Shown in pieces: positions 45,340-58,810 of a stretch of DNA of 64,000 nucleotides. The DNA is from Leucoraja ocellata (lineage: Eukaryota). Position 1 is the first letter of the stretch, and every line of letters begins with the position of its first letter. Location: assembly GCA_036785375.1 (NCBI GenBank), contig JAWMAR010000427.1, forward strand, positions 1-64,000, read 5' to 3'. A model generated the notes under the pieces. The model ran no database searches, was not told the origin of the DNA, and saw only the letters and a list, made by a program, of their open reading frames with translations. A program made the position numbers and the translations under genes.

Positions 45340-48300
45340 GGCCAGGGCTGCAGCAGTCCGTGAATCCTGGTCCTCTGGGATAGGGGCCGGGACACCCTCG
45401 ATATATTCAGCGAGGAGAGCACAATGCCACGCTTGACTCAATCATTTACTTACCAGTGTGGAGGGTAAGGGGTGGGGGGTTGGGGGGGGGGGGGGATACT
45501 GGTGTTAGATCATGCAGCTTCACCACAGGGACCTGGGTTTGTGTCACTTGGTGCAGCCTCTGTGATCCCTGTTTGACGAGAGAGCTAATTGTTGAACAAG
45601 CCCCGCGATGCACTGGATTTATTGCTTAAGAAGGAACTGCAGATGCTGGAAAATCTAAGGTAGACAAAAATGCTGGAGAAACTCAGTGGGTGCGGCAGCA
45701 TCTATGGAGCGAAGGAAAAAGGCAACTTTTCGGACCGAAACCCTTCATCAGGTGTGTTTATTGCGTTGCCTTTCCCAGTCTGGCGCTGGGGAGCCCAGTG
45801 AGCACAGTATGTGGTGGTGACAGGTTACAGCAACAACAACCCTGGTCATCGCCAGCAGGAAACTGCGAGAGACCCATGAGATGCTGGAATCTGGAGTGAA
45901 GAATAAAGTGGTGCAGGAACACAGCGGGTCAGGCAGCATCTGTAGGGGGAAATAACACCTCATGTTTTGGCCCAGGACCCTTCATCTGGACTGATAGATG
46001 GGAGGGGAGGTTACCAGAATAGTGGTGAGGGGTGGGGTGACCTAGCCACCGATGGGTGGATCAGGTGAGGAGGGGGTGGATAGGCAGATGGAGTCGGGTG
46101 CGGTTGGGCGATGGAAGGATTTGGTGACCTGCTCCCTCTATGTCCCCACAGTTCCCATCTGCTCAACTCTCACTTATTTGGTTCCACCGTTCCATTCCTT
46201 TAGATGTCACCATCTCCAGACTTGCCTGCAACCCACCACTGTTGCTATCTCCACCCTCAACTTCCCAACTCCTCCTCACCTAGACCCACATATTGCTGCC
46301 AGCTCTTGCCCCAACTCTCCCTCTCGCCTCCTTATACTGCCTGCCTTCTCTATCAGTTCAGATGTGGTCACGTTCCGAATCGTTGACTATCCATTTCCCT
46401 CCACAGATGCTGCCTGACTGTTTGTTGCTTCACAAAAGACTCTACCTGTGTGCCAATTGTAATCAGTTACATTGAAATCTGTGTAGTGACAATCCAATTT
46501 GTAAAGACAGCACACCAGTAGCTCACGGTTAATTGGTCATTTTCATTGAGATGGACAGTACACCGACTGAAAGAACTGCGCACTGGAAGATTTACTCCAG
46601 CATGTTAAAGTTGGGGAGTTGTTGCCAAGTTGAATCTACAAATTCTTTGACCTTGATGAAGCCGGCCTGATTGTCCACAATGGAACTGAAGGGACGGCAT
46701 TGTGAATGGGTGAAGCTCTTGACAGAATTCATTCATTCAGTTGTGGCTTGTGGGTGAAAGGTCTTTGAGGCCTGAGACGGCAGATTTAGAGCGGGGAGTG
46801 GAAGCAATTACTAGCGGCAGCCTTTACACCGTGCTCACAGCTGCAGCTGTGGCTACCCTGAGCACAGCCTGATTAAACAGGCAGAACTGCTGGTTAGACA
46901 CTATCTGGTTAATGCACTCGCTGTCTTCACAGAGTGCGCGTTACCGTATAGAGTTTCAAATGAAAGCAGACGCACCGACCGCCAGCTGGAGGGGCGAGAG
47001 TAAAGGGTTGTTGAGCCGCCTATGTGACTGTGCTCAGCATTGCTTCCTTGCTGAGCTTTGGGGGCTGACTCACTATACTGTGCATGGAGATCAAAACACT
47101 GACATTGCTGGAAACATGACATTAAGAACAGCCAGCAGTGGGGCAGCATCCGCAGAGACAGGATCAGCTCTGCCACCCTTCACCCAATCCGACTGTTCCT
47201 TCCTCCAAAGGCGCTGCCTGACCTGACGAGTGTTTCCTGTTTTGATTTTATTCCACATTGCTTTGCTCCACTGAAGTGCATGTCGCTATAAAACATTCTA
47301 GACTCACCCAAAGCAAAGAACCGCCTGCTTCGACAGCCCAGGAAAGCAATGGGGAATGATAGAGATAAGCGGCACTCTCGCGGCTGACGTCGTGGCTCTG
47401 TGCGGTGCCCACTGACTGGAGGGTCAATAGGTGACCCGTGGCCCATCAGCAGGGTTACTGAGCAAACACACAGAAGGATCGCAAGACAGGTCCACCCCAT
47501 ACCCAACATTAGCTGATTCCCAGCAGGAGATCGGAGGGGCTGCAGCCAACCCTTCTTCACAGGGAGGATCCTGGACCAGGGTGGGAAGCTGGAGTCCTGG
47601 GATCGAGACTCCCCACAGGCCCCAAGCCCCGTCATGCAAGCGAGTGTGTAAGAAGGAACTGCAGATGCTGGTTTAAACTGAAGATAGACACAAAATGCTG
47701 GAGTAACTCAGCGGGACAGGCAGCATCTCTGGAGAGAAGGATGGGTGACACTTCAGGTCGAGACCCTTCTCCAGACTACTGAGTGCTCCGAGCCAGGTCA
47801 ACTATCTGGGGAGGGCAGGGAGCTGGGCCCGCCCTGGGATCTGAGGATCAGTTCATTGTTGAGTGGTGGGAGGTGGGCATGAGATTCAGGGGTGGAGGAT
47901 GGGAGAGGGTGTGGGGTGCAACTGGGTGTGGGCTCAAGTGTTGGAGGGCGTGGGAGTGGGCAAAGGGCAGAGGACATGGGTGTTACACGGGTGGGGGGGT
48001 GGGACAGAGTGTGTGGTGAAGGGTCGGACAGCGTGAGAGAGGGCAGGGGGTGAAGGTATTGCAGGCGTAGAGAGGGAGTCCAGAGATGGGGGAGAGGGTG
48101 GAGGTTACATAACGTGAGATGCTGGAGCCAAGAGAAAAAAACAAAAATAGCAGGTCAGGCAGCATCTGTGGAGAGAGAACCAAACTCATCCTTGGCCCTC
48201 CATCAGAACTCCACAGCTACGGAGTATTTCCAGCATCTGCAGTTTTTGATTTTGAATTAATTCTCTGATAGCTCAAACCAGCTGACCTCCTGTGCTTGTG

Positions 48301-50040
48301 CCAAAATACTCAATGTTCTCTAATTCAAGTCTGGAAGTCTTGGATGTGTGGTGTTTGTCTGTGGCAAGGATGAGGCATGAATATAATGGAGTTCCAGAGA
48401 CCCCAGTACTATACACAAGGACTTTCATGGGAGAAATAAATTGAACACAACTGGGCAGGGAGGGGGGGGGGGGGGGGAAGTGAAACACATTTGTTCTGCC
48501 GGTGTAAAAGTAGTAAAACATTAACCGTGCCCAGTGAGAAACTACTCATCAAAGCGCAGTCTTTCATGACAAATGTTAGTCAAGATCTGAAGTAAAATGA
48601 GTCTGCCTTCCCCACACAAGAAAGCATTAGACTCTGTTTTCAGAAGGAGGAAGGAAATCCCTGAACTTCAAGTGTCTCCAGTGTCATAACATTAATGTGG
48701 CCTTGTTGGAGTTGGATTTAGCAGCTTTGAAAGCAGATATACTGATTATACTCAACAGCTGCATAAAACTTACATTGTAAACTGCCCATAGTTCTGCTTG
48801 TTCTGCTTACATATGCTCAGTAAAAGTTATGTACCATGGTTATTACATCCTGGCTCAGGTAACAGGTTGCACAGCCCTGAGTGTGGGGTGTGAGACACGG
48901 GCTCTGTGTACTTTACACATGCTCACACTCTGGCCTGGTCTGTTGTCACACTACCTTTCCTATTCTAGCTTTGCGGTTGCTATAACTTTATCAATTTCCA
49001 ACCTTTGGCCTGTTCCTCCATTCATTAAGATACCACCTTCTACTTTGCTTTTCTTCATTCCAGACCTACTCCTTGATTTACATTACAGCAAAATGGCTCT
49101 GGGGTTTACATGTGCCATCACTGAGCTTCCACAGCTCATCAGGGTAGAGGATACTAAAGATTCACAACCCTTTCAGGAAAAGGAACTATTCTTTTTTGAA
49201 ATCCTAAGTATCCTGAGGCACTGGCGCCGATTCTAGACTCCCCCAACCAACTGGCTGGGTATTCTGGGTGTGTTCATCAAAGCTTGGGCAGAACCCAGAC
49301 CATTGTCAATGACACACCACCTGGGCAGGGTTAACAGTGTCACAACCTCAACCCGACAGCTTGTAAAATGAAGATAACCTTCAAGCCTTGTCATTGGGAG
49401 GGTAGTGGGTGGCTTCCATTAATGAGACTCTCGTCAAGGTCCTCGTTCACCTTGACATTCGACATACAGAGGAGAAACAAGCGGCGCTGGACAGAGGATG
49501 TCTCATCTTTACTTCCAGTCAAACCCTGACCATCCCCGACCTCCTGGTCATTCATTCCCGCTGGTATGTGGCACCCAACATCTCAAAATGAAAAATTACA
49601 ATCTTTCCACATTCTCAGGAATTTCTACCCCGGCCCTGCGATACCTCCATCCCAACTTGCTAGGTGTCTTGGTTTAATGACTCAGAGGCAAATAGCTGCT
49701 GATTGTGCAGCACTCCCCCTACACCATGCTTGGGCTAGAACCTACAACCGAACAGTCAGACCAAACGTTTGCCCCTATGCCCTGGACCTCTTAGTTTCAT
49801 ATCATATTGAATGGCGGTGCAGACTCGAAGGGCCGAATGGCCTACTCCTGCACCTATTTTCTATGTTTCCGTCTGAATCTGATTATATCTCAGTCTGGGA
49901 GCTCTATCCACACACGAAACGCTACACAACTGCAAGCTGTTATTTTAAAATGTATTTCATTCATTAAATAAACAGATATAATTAATTGTACATGTACACA
50001 CATTTGCATCTTTCACAATGTACCAATGTGCTTCAAGACC

Positions 50041-50046
50041 AATAAA
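50041..50046 (+). terminator. Candidate LIMS2 polyadenylation signal
   Basis: AATAAA at 50041 (second at 49967) preceded by several TGTA elements and followed by T/GT-rich sequence; would give a ~4.7-kb 3' UTR. Confidence 0.45.
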
Positions 50047-51519
50047 GTACTTTTGAAATGTAATGCTCGTTGCATGCAATTGTGGTGGTTGATTTCTGCA
50101 GTAAGGCCCCACAAACAGCATTTGGACAGTGGGTTTAATGCTGGTTAAATGATTACTGAGAACATGCTTGGGTCTTTGGGAAGTGGTGTGGAGTCTGTGT
50201 AGTGCAGACACACACAGTCCCCCTCGAACAGACTACGACCTCCTGCCAAAGCTCGGCCGACGACCTCCACCCAGATGATGATACAATGACCACCCACGTT
50301 ACACCTTCCCGAATCACCACACTCTTCTTACACCACCCAAGTCATCTCACCCACAACACATCATCTACACGGCACACTCCCCACTTCATCCACTCGCATC
50401 ACCCCACACGTCACCTCACATCACCCCCCCCCCCCTCGCCCACATCATCCTCTCATTCACTCCACCCAAAAACATGTTGACCCACCCCCTCCCGCCATCA
50501 CCCAGCACATGATACACTATCCCACAGGCATCACCAGACCCAACATCCCTCACATCATTGTCTAGTGTTCCTACAGACAGACAGACTGTTGCCCTCACTG
50601 TCCTTCTCAGATACAACATCCAGCCACAAACACACCAGTCTTTATATTCAGTGGTGAGGCAGAGAGACTGTGGACCAGGGACTGGGTGCCCCGTGGTGTA
50701 GGGGAATCTGGTGCCAGCATGGAGTAGTGCTGTCCAAACACTCCAACTGGAATTTGGACAGACTAATGGGACCGCATTAAACCCTTGGAATTTTCACAAA
50801 AACACACTTAGTTCATAATGCAGAGGTTGACGACTTTGGGCTGACACTATCCCACAGCAGAGTGTCCTCTCACACAGCAGAGTGGCCTCTCACACAGCAG
50901 AGCCCTGCATTGCCATTCACTCATCATGGTGGTCTGAACATCGTGGGTGGGTTCTGGGCTGCCGTGGATTAGGGGCAGTGCCTGGGACACACCTGTCTAG
51001 TTTGCCTTTGATGCACCATGAAGGTGTCCAAGGACACTACACATCTCATTGTTAACATTTGCGATTATGAACATTTTCAGTCTGAAGGTGTTGATGGTCT
51101 CCAACTTACACGTAGAGAACCAGGAGAAGACCGTGTTCTGTGGAGGGAGGGAGGGGGGCAGTGGGGTGAGGAGTTGAATATCCTCAGGGTTTATATCACT
51201 GATGCAAACGCTTTGAATGATGCAAACAAGGAATTGTCTTGAAGTGAATTACTGCGAGAGGTACTATATAAAGGCAGGCTGACTCTTCCTCATGACCAGA
51301 GAGAGGGAGCAAGGGATGTGTCCTATCAGGCCCAGGCACTGGTTAAATAAGTCCTCAATGTGTCACCTTGATTGCAGTGAAAGATATCGTCAGTTAGCAA
51401 GGCACTGCCTGTGGCATTGGTTGTCCAGAGCTCCATGGGGAGAACCCTCAGCTGCAAAGTGACTTCCCTCAAAAGGAAGGGGGAGATTTTGCAGTATGGA
51501 CACAGGAAGGCAGAGAAAG

Positions 51520-51545
51520 GGAAAGTAGGTGGGAGAGAGAGAGAC

Positions 51546-51582
<37 letters not shown>

Positions 51583-51885
51583 CAGAGATAGAAAAAGAGA
51601 AAGGGGGAGCAAAGGCTAGAGAGAGAACGAGATTGAGGAAAGTAAGAGAAAGGTTGAAAAAGGAGAGAGACAGAGAGAAAGAAAGAGAGATTGAGGTAGG
51701 AGAGAAAGAAGGAATAAGAAAGGAAGGGTGAGAGAGAAAAGGGGAGAGAGAGAAAGACAGAAAGAGGGAGAAAGAAAGGGAGAATGAGAGAGAAAGAAAG
51801 GGAGAGGGAGAAAAAGGCAGAGAACAAGGAGTGAAAGAGGAGAGGAGAAAGAAAGAAAGATTGGGTGAGAAACAAAGTGAGAGAG
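51520..51885. repeat. Polypurine (GA-rich) low-complexity tract in the MYO7B 3' UTR
   Basis: (GA)n and GGA/GAA-rich; similar tracts at 480-780 and 54710-55010. Confidence 0.9.
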
Positions 51886-51946
51886 CTGGGCAGTGAATGT
51901 ATGTTAAGGCATCATTGATAGAGACCCTTCTTTAACCTTGGTCCCA

Positions 51947-52036
51947 TCAGGCGGCAGGATTCCCAGCCGATCTTTGCCTTGCTGCTGCTACGAACGCACT
52001 CACGTATGATGTCAGAAGGTCGTCCATCTTGTAACC
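51947..52036 (-). CDS. MYO7B: Myosin VIIb terminal coding exon with stop
   Basis: ttctttgatcaaag|GGT TAC AAG ATG GAC GAC CTT...GCC GCC TGA; GYKMDDLLTSYVSAFVAAARQRSAGNPAA*; MYO7B over MYO7A from synteny and residues (QTSEP, GSTYFHM, TSYV). Confidence 0.9.
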   Translation of the reverse strand, partial: GYKMDDLLTSYVSAFVAAARQRSAGNPAA

Positions 52037-52115
52037 CTTTGATCAAAGAAAGCAAGAATTAAATGAGGAAATGCAGTTTGACCACAATGCGATCTTGCTC
52101 TTTGAGTGACCTCAC

Positions 52116-52235
52116 CAGTGAGGTCTCACACAGGATCCTTTCTCCCTTCATCATGCCGCCGACCGACATGTGGAAGTACGTGCTGCCACTGCACCAGTTG
52201 GAGATTTTGTTGAACGGATGGGTCACCAGAGGTTC
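52116..52235 (-). CDS. MYO7B: Myosin VIIb penultimate coding exon
   Basis: ctgctttcag|GAA CCT CTG GTG...ACC TCA CTG|gtgagg; 120 nt; [40 protein letters not shown]. Confidence 0.92.
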
Positions 52236-52479
52236 CTGAAAGCAGAGAGCAGAGGAGCATGAGATGGCTGAACATCAGTGGAGCTCTGACATGAAGCACT
52301 GGCCACTCAGGGATCAAGGTCAACAGTGGATCCTCTGTTGCCTTTAGGCTGCCGGTGATACACTGAAACGACAAAGAGGTTTATGAAAGAAATCCTGTTT
52401 CTCTCTCCACTGATGCTGACTGTGCTGGCTGGGTGTTTCCAGCCGGTTGCTGGTTTTGTATCGCTACTCGCTACTTTTT

Positions 52480-53085
52480 GAAAGCAAATGGCACGTTGGC
52501 CTTCAGAGCGAGAGGATTTGAGTATAGGAGCAAGGTCCTACTGCAGTTGTACAGGGCCCTGGTGAGATCACATCTGCAGTATTGTGTGCAGTTTTGTTCT
52601 CCTAATTTGAGGAAGGACATTCTTGTTATTAAGGGAGTACAGCGTAGGTTCACCAGGTTAATTCTCGGGATGGCGGGACTGACATGTGATGATTGAATAG
52701 GTCAACTGGGCTTGATTTCACTGGAAGTTAGATGGATGAGAGGGTATCATACAAAAACATATACAATTCTTAAGGGATTGGACAGGCCAGATGCAGGAAA
52801 AATGTTCCCGATGTTGGGGAAGTCCAGAACCAGGGGGTCACAGTTTAAGAATAAGGGGTCGTCCACTTAGGAATTCTCTGCCACAGAAGTGGACGCCAAT
52901 TCGCTGGATGTTTTCAAGAGAGAGTTAGATATAGCTCTTAGGGAATGGAATCAAGAAATATTGGGAAAAAGCAGGAACGGGGTATTGATTTTTGATGATC
53001 AGCCACGATCATATTGAAGGCGGTGCTGGCTCGAAGGGCCGAATAGCCTACTCCTGCACGTATTGTCTGTCTACGTTTCTATGTT
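52480..53085 (+). mobile_element. CR1/HER1 LINE 3' fragment in a MYO7B intron
   Basis: KANGTLAFRARGFEYRSKVLLQLYRALVRSHLQYCVQFCSPNLRKDI..VQRRFTRLILGMAGL; ctatgttt tail. Confidence 0.85.
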
Positions 53086-53566
53086 TACTCACTGATTACT
53101 CCCCACATTTTAGAAACTAAGGAACGGTTATGACGGGGCTGATTCTGATTCAACTTGAACAGGAACGGACAGAGATGGCCAGTGGGGAGGTCACTGCAGT
53201 TGTGTACAGCTGTGTTGCCAGAGGCAAGTCCTCTGGACCCATTCAAACATTCTGAATTAATTCACCAGCCCACCCCTTAAGGGGCTACTCCAAGAGGAAT
53301 GTTTCCCTGCAAAGTTATCCTTGCTCCTGGAACAGACACAGGTGGTCACTACAGGACTCGGGATTGGTGGGGACAAATGGAGTTCCCACCCGGAAATTAA
53401 ATGCGTGCTTCCTTTGTATAGGTTCACCGATCAGAAGCTGGGCTTGTTGTCTGGTTTGTTCATCAGGGATGGAGATAGCAGTGTCACAGGGGACATTCCA
53501 GAGAGACTGGGGTTCCTCAGTCAATCACAGTGGAGATCACAAGCAGCGGAGATCATGGTGGGTGGA

Positions 53567-53725
53567 GGGGAGAGGGTGGGGAGAGGGGAGAGGGTGGGGA
53601 GAGGGGAGAGGGTGTGGAGAGTGGAGAGGGTGAGGAGAGGGGAGTGGGTGGGGAGAGGGGAGAGGGTGGGGAGAGGGGAGAGGGTGGGGAGAGGGGAGAG
53701 GGTGGGGAGAGGGGAGAGGGTGGGG
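53567..53725. repeat. G-rich 18-bp minisatellite (GGGGAGAGGGTGGGGAGA)n
   Basis: About 9 tandem units visible; explains the RGERVG / PHPLPS ORFs. Confidence 0.92.
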
Positions 53726-55764
53726 ATTGAGGTGGTGCAGAGGTAGCGGTGTTCGGCTTCTGTTTTTAGATTTGATATTACTATTTCCTCCCTGATCCAA
53801 AGCCAATTGTTCTGCGGGAGGTGCGTTTGTTTCCACGGTTACGGGCTACAGGGGAGACCACGTCCAGACTATAGAGATGGCAACAGAGCTCTTGCCCATT
53901 TCCTCTTCTGACTTGCTGAGCCTACCCCTCTGATTTGGATTAGAGGGCAATGTTAGGGAGTGCAGGATGACCCGATGAGTGGTGCCACATCCGAACCACG
54001 CAGTCAGGGGAAAGGTCCAAAGCAAGTGCCCTGGGTCTCAGCCATCACTTTAGAATAAAGGGGAGGTCATTTAAGACTGAGGTGAGAAAAAAACTTTTTC
54101 ACCCAGAGAGTTGAGAATTTGTGGAATTCCCTGCCACAGAGGGCAGTGGAGGCCAAGTCAATGGATGGATTTAAGATAGAGTTAGATAGAGCTCTAGGGG
54201 CTAGTGGAATCAAGGAATATGGGGAGAAGGCAGACACGGGTTATTGATTGGGGACGATCAGCCATGATCACAATGAATGGCGGTGTTGGCTCGAAGGGTC
54301 GAATGGCCTCCTCCTGTACCTATTTTCTATGTTTCTAACACCAGTTCTGGCCTGCTGGTGATGGCTCGGTTAGATTCGTAGACACAGTCTCCCAGCAAAA
54401 ACTTGTTCAAGCCTATGAGGGGCAGCATCGGTCCAGGCAGACCCCAGTTATAAAGAGCATTGATAGGATTACTCTACTGGGAGGGGACGCGCTGGTCAAT
54501 AAGACAGGGAGATCCATGGACAAGAGGTCGGTGCAGAACGTGTAATGGAGAACATCCCAACAGAGCCTGAAACCTCCTGCAGTCACCACTGCTTCTTGAC
54601 AAGGTGGTGTACAGTTAGACAGAATCTCACTCCAATAATAGAACCACATTACTCTCTCTGTTCCAGTGGTTCATGTTACATTGTTTTAATAAGATCCGTA
54701 ATCTTCCCAAGATGAAAGAGAGGGGGAGGGGGGGGGAGAGAAAAAGAGAGGTAGAGAGGTGGGAGAGGAAGAGAAAAATAGATAAGGGGAGAGGGAAGAG
54801 ATAGAGAATGAGGAGACGGAGAGGGGCAACTGGGATAGGGGAGAGAGCAAAGAAGAGATGGGGAAGAGGGAGAGAGAGAGAGCGGAAAGAGGGATGATTG
54901 AGAGAGGAGGGGAGGGGAGAGAGAGACGGGCAAAGAGAAAGGGGAGAGCACGTGGATATGGAGCAGTGGGAAGAGAGAGGGGAAGAGAGAAAGATGATTG
55001 AGGGGGAGAGAGAACTAGTTTGTCAGAACACTGGACTCATTTCATTTTTGAAGATCTCAGCTTGTCTGCCTCATAGGTGGGATGGGATGAACAAGCCCTC
55101 CGTTACCCTGGGGTGAGGGCAGTGGTCCGAGGGACATTCACAAAATCACTGGATCGTGTGGGCTGTGTGATTCTACCCCTCCTGCCCATCCCCCGTCCCC
55201 AACCCCCTCCCCCTTACAGCACGCTGCTGCCTCATTTCCTTCTGTTTTCCAGCTGTGGCTGGGCAGAGTTACCCTCAGCAGGGAACAGCTGGTCAGGAAC
55301 CTGGTTAAAGGCCGGAGCTGTAGCAAATCGCTTTGCAATGAAATTACACGCTCCTGACCGTGACTGGCAGCGAGGGTCTCGGCTTACCAGCCGTCCCGCC
55401 AGGCGCCTGTCACTGTGTACAACCCCAGCCACACCACGCAGTCCCAGGGGTGCAGCAGCGTGGAGTGTACACCCCCACCCTGGCCCCCACACACACACTC
55501 TGCACAAACCCCAACCTCACACCTTCACCAGCCAGTGCCCGCTGTAAACACAAAGAGCATTTCACCAGGCAGCGACCTGGAACCCACACAGACCCCAGTC
55601 GGTACGGGTGCAAGTCAGGACTGTCCCACATGGCCACACCGAGGGAGGGGGGGGGGGGGGGGAGAAGGAGAACCTTCAGGAAGTGCAGCAGAGTAAACAG
55701 GTGTAACAGAGTTACAGGAAAAGCACAGGACCGTTAACGTGGTCGGCACAGGACTGTGGCCAAC

Positions 55765-55912
55765 ACACCCTGAACACAGGTCACACGCACCCTGAACACA
55801 GGTCTCACGGACCCTAAACACGGGACACACACGCACCCTGAACACGGGACACACACACACACACAACCTGAACACGGGACACATACATGCATCCTGAACA
55901 CGGGACACACAT
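55765..55912. repeat. ~22-30-bp minisatellite (CCTGAACACGGGACACACACGCAC)n
   Basis: About six degenerate tandem units. Confidence 0.85.
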
Positions 55913-57419
55913 CGAGTGGGTCGTGGATAAGGATGATAATGTTTTAATCTGATGCTTGATTGATTTATTGTTGTTTGCAAACTGTTGGCAGATTGAATCT
56001 TTCCAGCAATTTGTAACTGTGATTATCGGGATAAATTTTTTTGTAAAGGAGAAAAAAAACCCCTGGACAGAACATCAACGTGTGTTCCCTGAACGCAGAA
56101 CTTCAACACGCTCTAAACGCAAGACACCATCGTACTCAAACACAGGACACAAACACACACTGAGCGCAGGTCACAAACACACATTTAACAAAAGAACATC
56201 ATCCAGACTGAGCACAGGAACCAATGCACACCAAACCCTGCTCTCTCTGCCGTTCCCAGTTGCTCCTTCACCTTCTGTGTTGATTTTGCTTCCATTCCCC
56301 ACACAGGCAGGGTGCAGCTGGACAACACTAGGCTTGTGCTGAGGCATGTAGACGGGACCGGCTCACAGCAGAGTCTGGGAGATGAACTCACCTCTCATCT
56401 GGCTCAAACCTCAGCAACAGAAGCCTGACCCTCACTCACAGCCATTTTGGATTTTTTTCTCCAGAGACTCTCTCCGAACATGGAACTTTTAAAAACAGGA
56501 TTTTTGTTGGGCTGGATCTTGAGCTGGAATCTTGGGCTGAAGCAAGTTCCAGGCAGGTCCAGAGTCGGGGTACAAGTTGCTGTGTATCAGGTTCCTGACA
56601 CCCACTGCTGAGGGAGATAATCCACCTTCTTTCTTTCCTACCCAACAATTTAACAACCACCATCACACCACCAAATGTAGAGGAGTAGAGAGAGAGGAGA
56701 CTGTCTTCAGAGAGAGGAGATCTTCTTCAAAGTAGACATACCTTGAGGAGATTTTGCAGTGGGGGAGAGATGTAGTTAGTTGTGCTTTGTATCATCCTGT
56801 GATGTTGAAGGTATAGCATGGAAACAGGCCATTCGGCCCACCTTGTCCATGCTGATCATTAAGTATCCATCAACTAGTTCCATTTACTAGCATTTGGACT
56901 GTAGCCTTCTGTGCTTTGGTGATAAATGTGTTTATCCAAATATCTCTTAAATGTTGTGAGAGACTGCCTGCACAATCCCCTCAGGCAGCATGTTACAATC
57001 TGCAACCACCATCTAAACATTCCTCCCTAACTCCCTTCTCAACCTCTTACTCCATACCTTATGCCTAGGATCTCTGGTTATAGATGCATCTGCCATGATG
57101 AAAAGATTCCCTCATAGTTTTGTCCACCTCCATCAGATTCCCCCCTCAGAGCAAGGAAAACAAACCTAGCCTAGGCTGTAAGATACTCCATCCCAGGTGA
57201 TGTCCTGGTGAACCTCTGCAACCCTCTCCCTTTCCTCACTCTCCTTTGAGGTGACCAGAACAGTACACAATATTGCAGCTGTGGCCTGCTCAATATTTTA
57301 CAAGCCCAGAGCTGAAGATGGATGTGTGTGTGAGCATGCTCTCTGTCTGTCTGTCTGTCTGTCTGGGAGTTCTGTTTGCAAATGCCTTATCGGGGTTGTA
57401 ACCAGTATTTGACGCTCAC

Positions 57420-57503
57420 CTTCGTCCGTGGGTTTATCACCGTCACCCCCTGCCTGTTGATGGCTATCCGGATAATATCCGGAAACGTGGGCTCAGATGT
57501 TTG
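57420..57503 (-). CDS. MYO7B: Myosin VIIb exon (FERM2, F3 lobe); not in the ORF track
   Basis: cttcattttag|CAA ACA TCT GAG CCC...CGG ACG AAG|gtgagc; 84 nt; QTSEPTFPDIIRIAINRQGVTVINPRTK. Confidence 0.92.
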
Positions 57504-58585
57504 CTAAAATGAAGAAGGCGAAAAAGAAATAAAAAGAGGATAAATAAGACAAATCAGTATCAGATGTTAATAATGTCGGCTCCAAGGAGTTTAAGACCAC
57601 AATAGTTGATGTAGCTGTACTGAAGCACACGCTGATTACATTCAATAATAACCTTCAGAGAGTGCGTGCACATGGTCACACAACACAGAGAGATCACGTG
57701 GCCCGAATCTGTGGATGGCTCTGGTGTTGATGTTACACGGAGATTAACATCCTTCCTGTGCTGACCATCCCAACAGGAATAGACACAACAGAATTCATTT
57801 GCCTGATGCACAGGAAGGAACTGCAGGTGCTGGTTTACACCGAATATAGATGTAAACCACTGGAGTAACTCAGTGGGATAGGCAGCACCTCTGGAGAAGG
57901 AATGGGTGACGTTTTGGGTCGAGCTATTCAGCCATTGCCGAAGCCAGATAACAAACGGTTTCATGTAAAACACGGGCCCCTGTGTTCTGATAGCAGCACG
58001 ACTTTTAAAATGACATCTTCACTTGTGCCGGACCTGGGTCATCTTGGGTTCTGGGTACAGTTTACATTGTAGCACGCAATGGATCGTGAAACAGGTGTCT
58101 GCCAATAAGCCAGTCGGGTGAGTTAGCCTATTTGGGGGATGTGTCTGGAGAGTGGGAGGTAGTGGATTCTGAAAGATTACAGCAACTTCATGTTTGTTTT
58201 AAGAACCACCAAGGAGGAAGAGCGACTCGTGATTAGCAAAGGGCCCGTGTGCAAGTACAACGAGAAGGCAGGGAAGCTGATGATGATCTGGGTTATTGTC
58301 AGTGGGAATTGAGTACAATGGGAGGGAGGTTGTGTTTCAGTTAAAGGGGCATTGTTGAGGCAGCATTTAGAATTAGAATTGGCTTCCTTATTAATGAAAG
58401 ATGTTAAAGCATTTGAAGCAGTTCAGAAGTTTCCTGGACTAATAACTGGAATGGGTGGTTTGAGGAGAGGTCAGACAGGCTGGGCTCGAGCCCACTGGAG
58501 TTTAGAAGAGTGAAAGGAGACTGGATTGAAACACAAGATTCTGAGGGGGCCTTGACAGGGTTGACGTGGAGAGGATGTTTCCTCA

Positions 58586-58810
58586 TAGACAATAACCAAT
58601 AGACAATAGGTGCAGGAGTAGGCCATTCAGCCCTTCGAGCCAGCACCGCCATTCAATGTGATCATGGCTGATCAGCCCCAATCAGTACCCCATTCTGCCT
58701 TCTCCCCCTATCCCCTGACTCCGCTATTTTTAAGAGCCCTATCTAGCTCTCTCTTGAAAGCATCCCGAGAACCTGCCTCCACCGCCCTCTGAGGCAGAGA
58801 ATTCCACAGA
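58586..58810 (-). mobile_element. CR1/HER1 LINE 3' end
   Basis: Reverse complement of the same 3' UTR/tail as 34741-35229 (caatagacaataggtgcaggagtaggccattc...); similar copies at 25741-25944 and 60745-61075. Confidence 0.8.

Noticed and set aside
53321-53836. Repetitive ORFs (RGERVG)n / (PHPLPS)n
   Set aside because: Products of the 18-bp minisatellite in a MYO7B intron.
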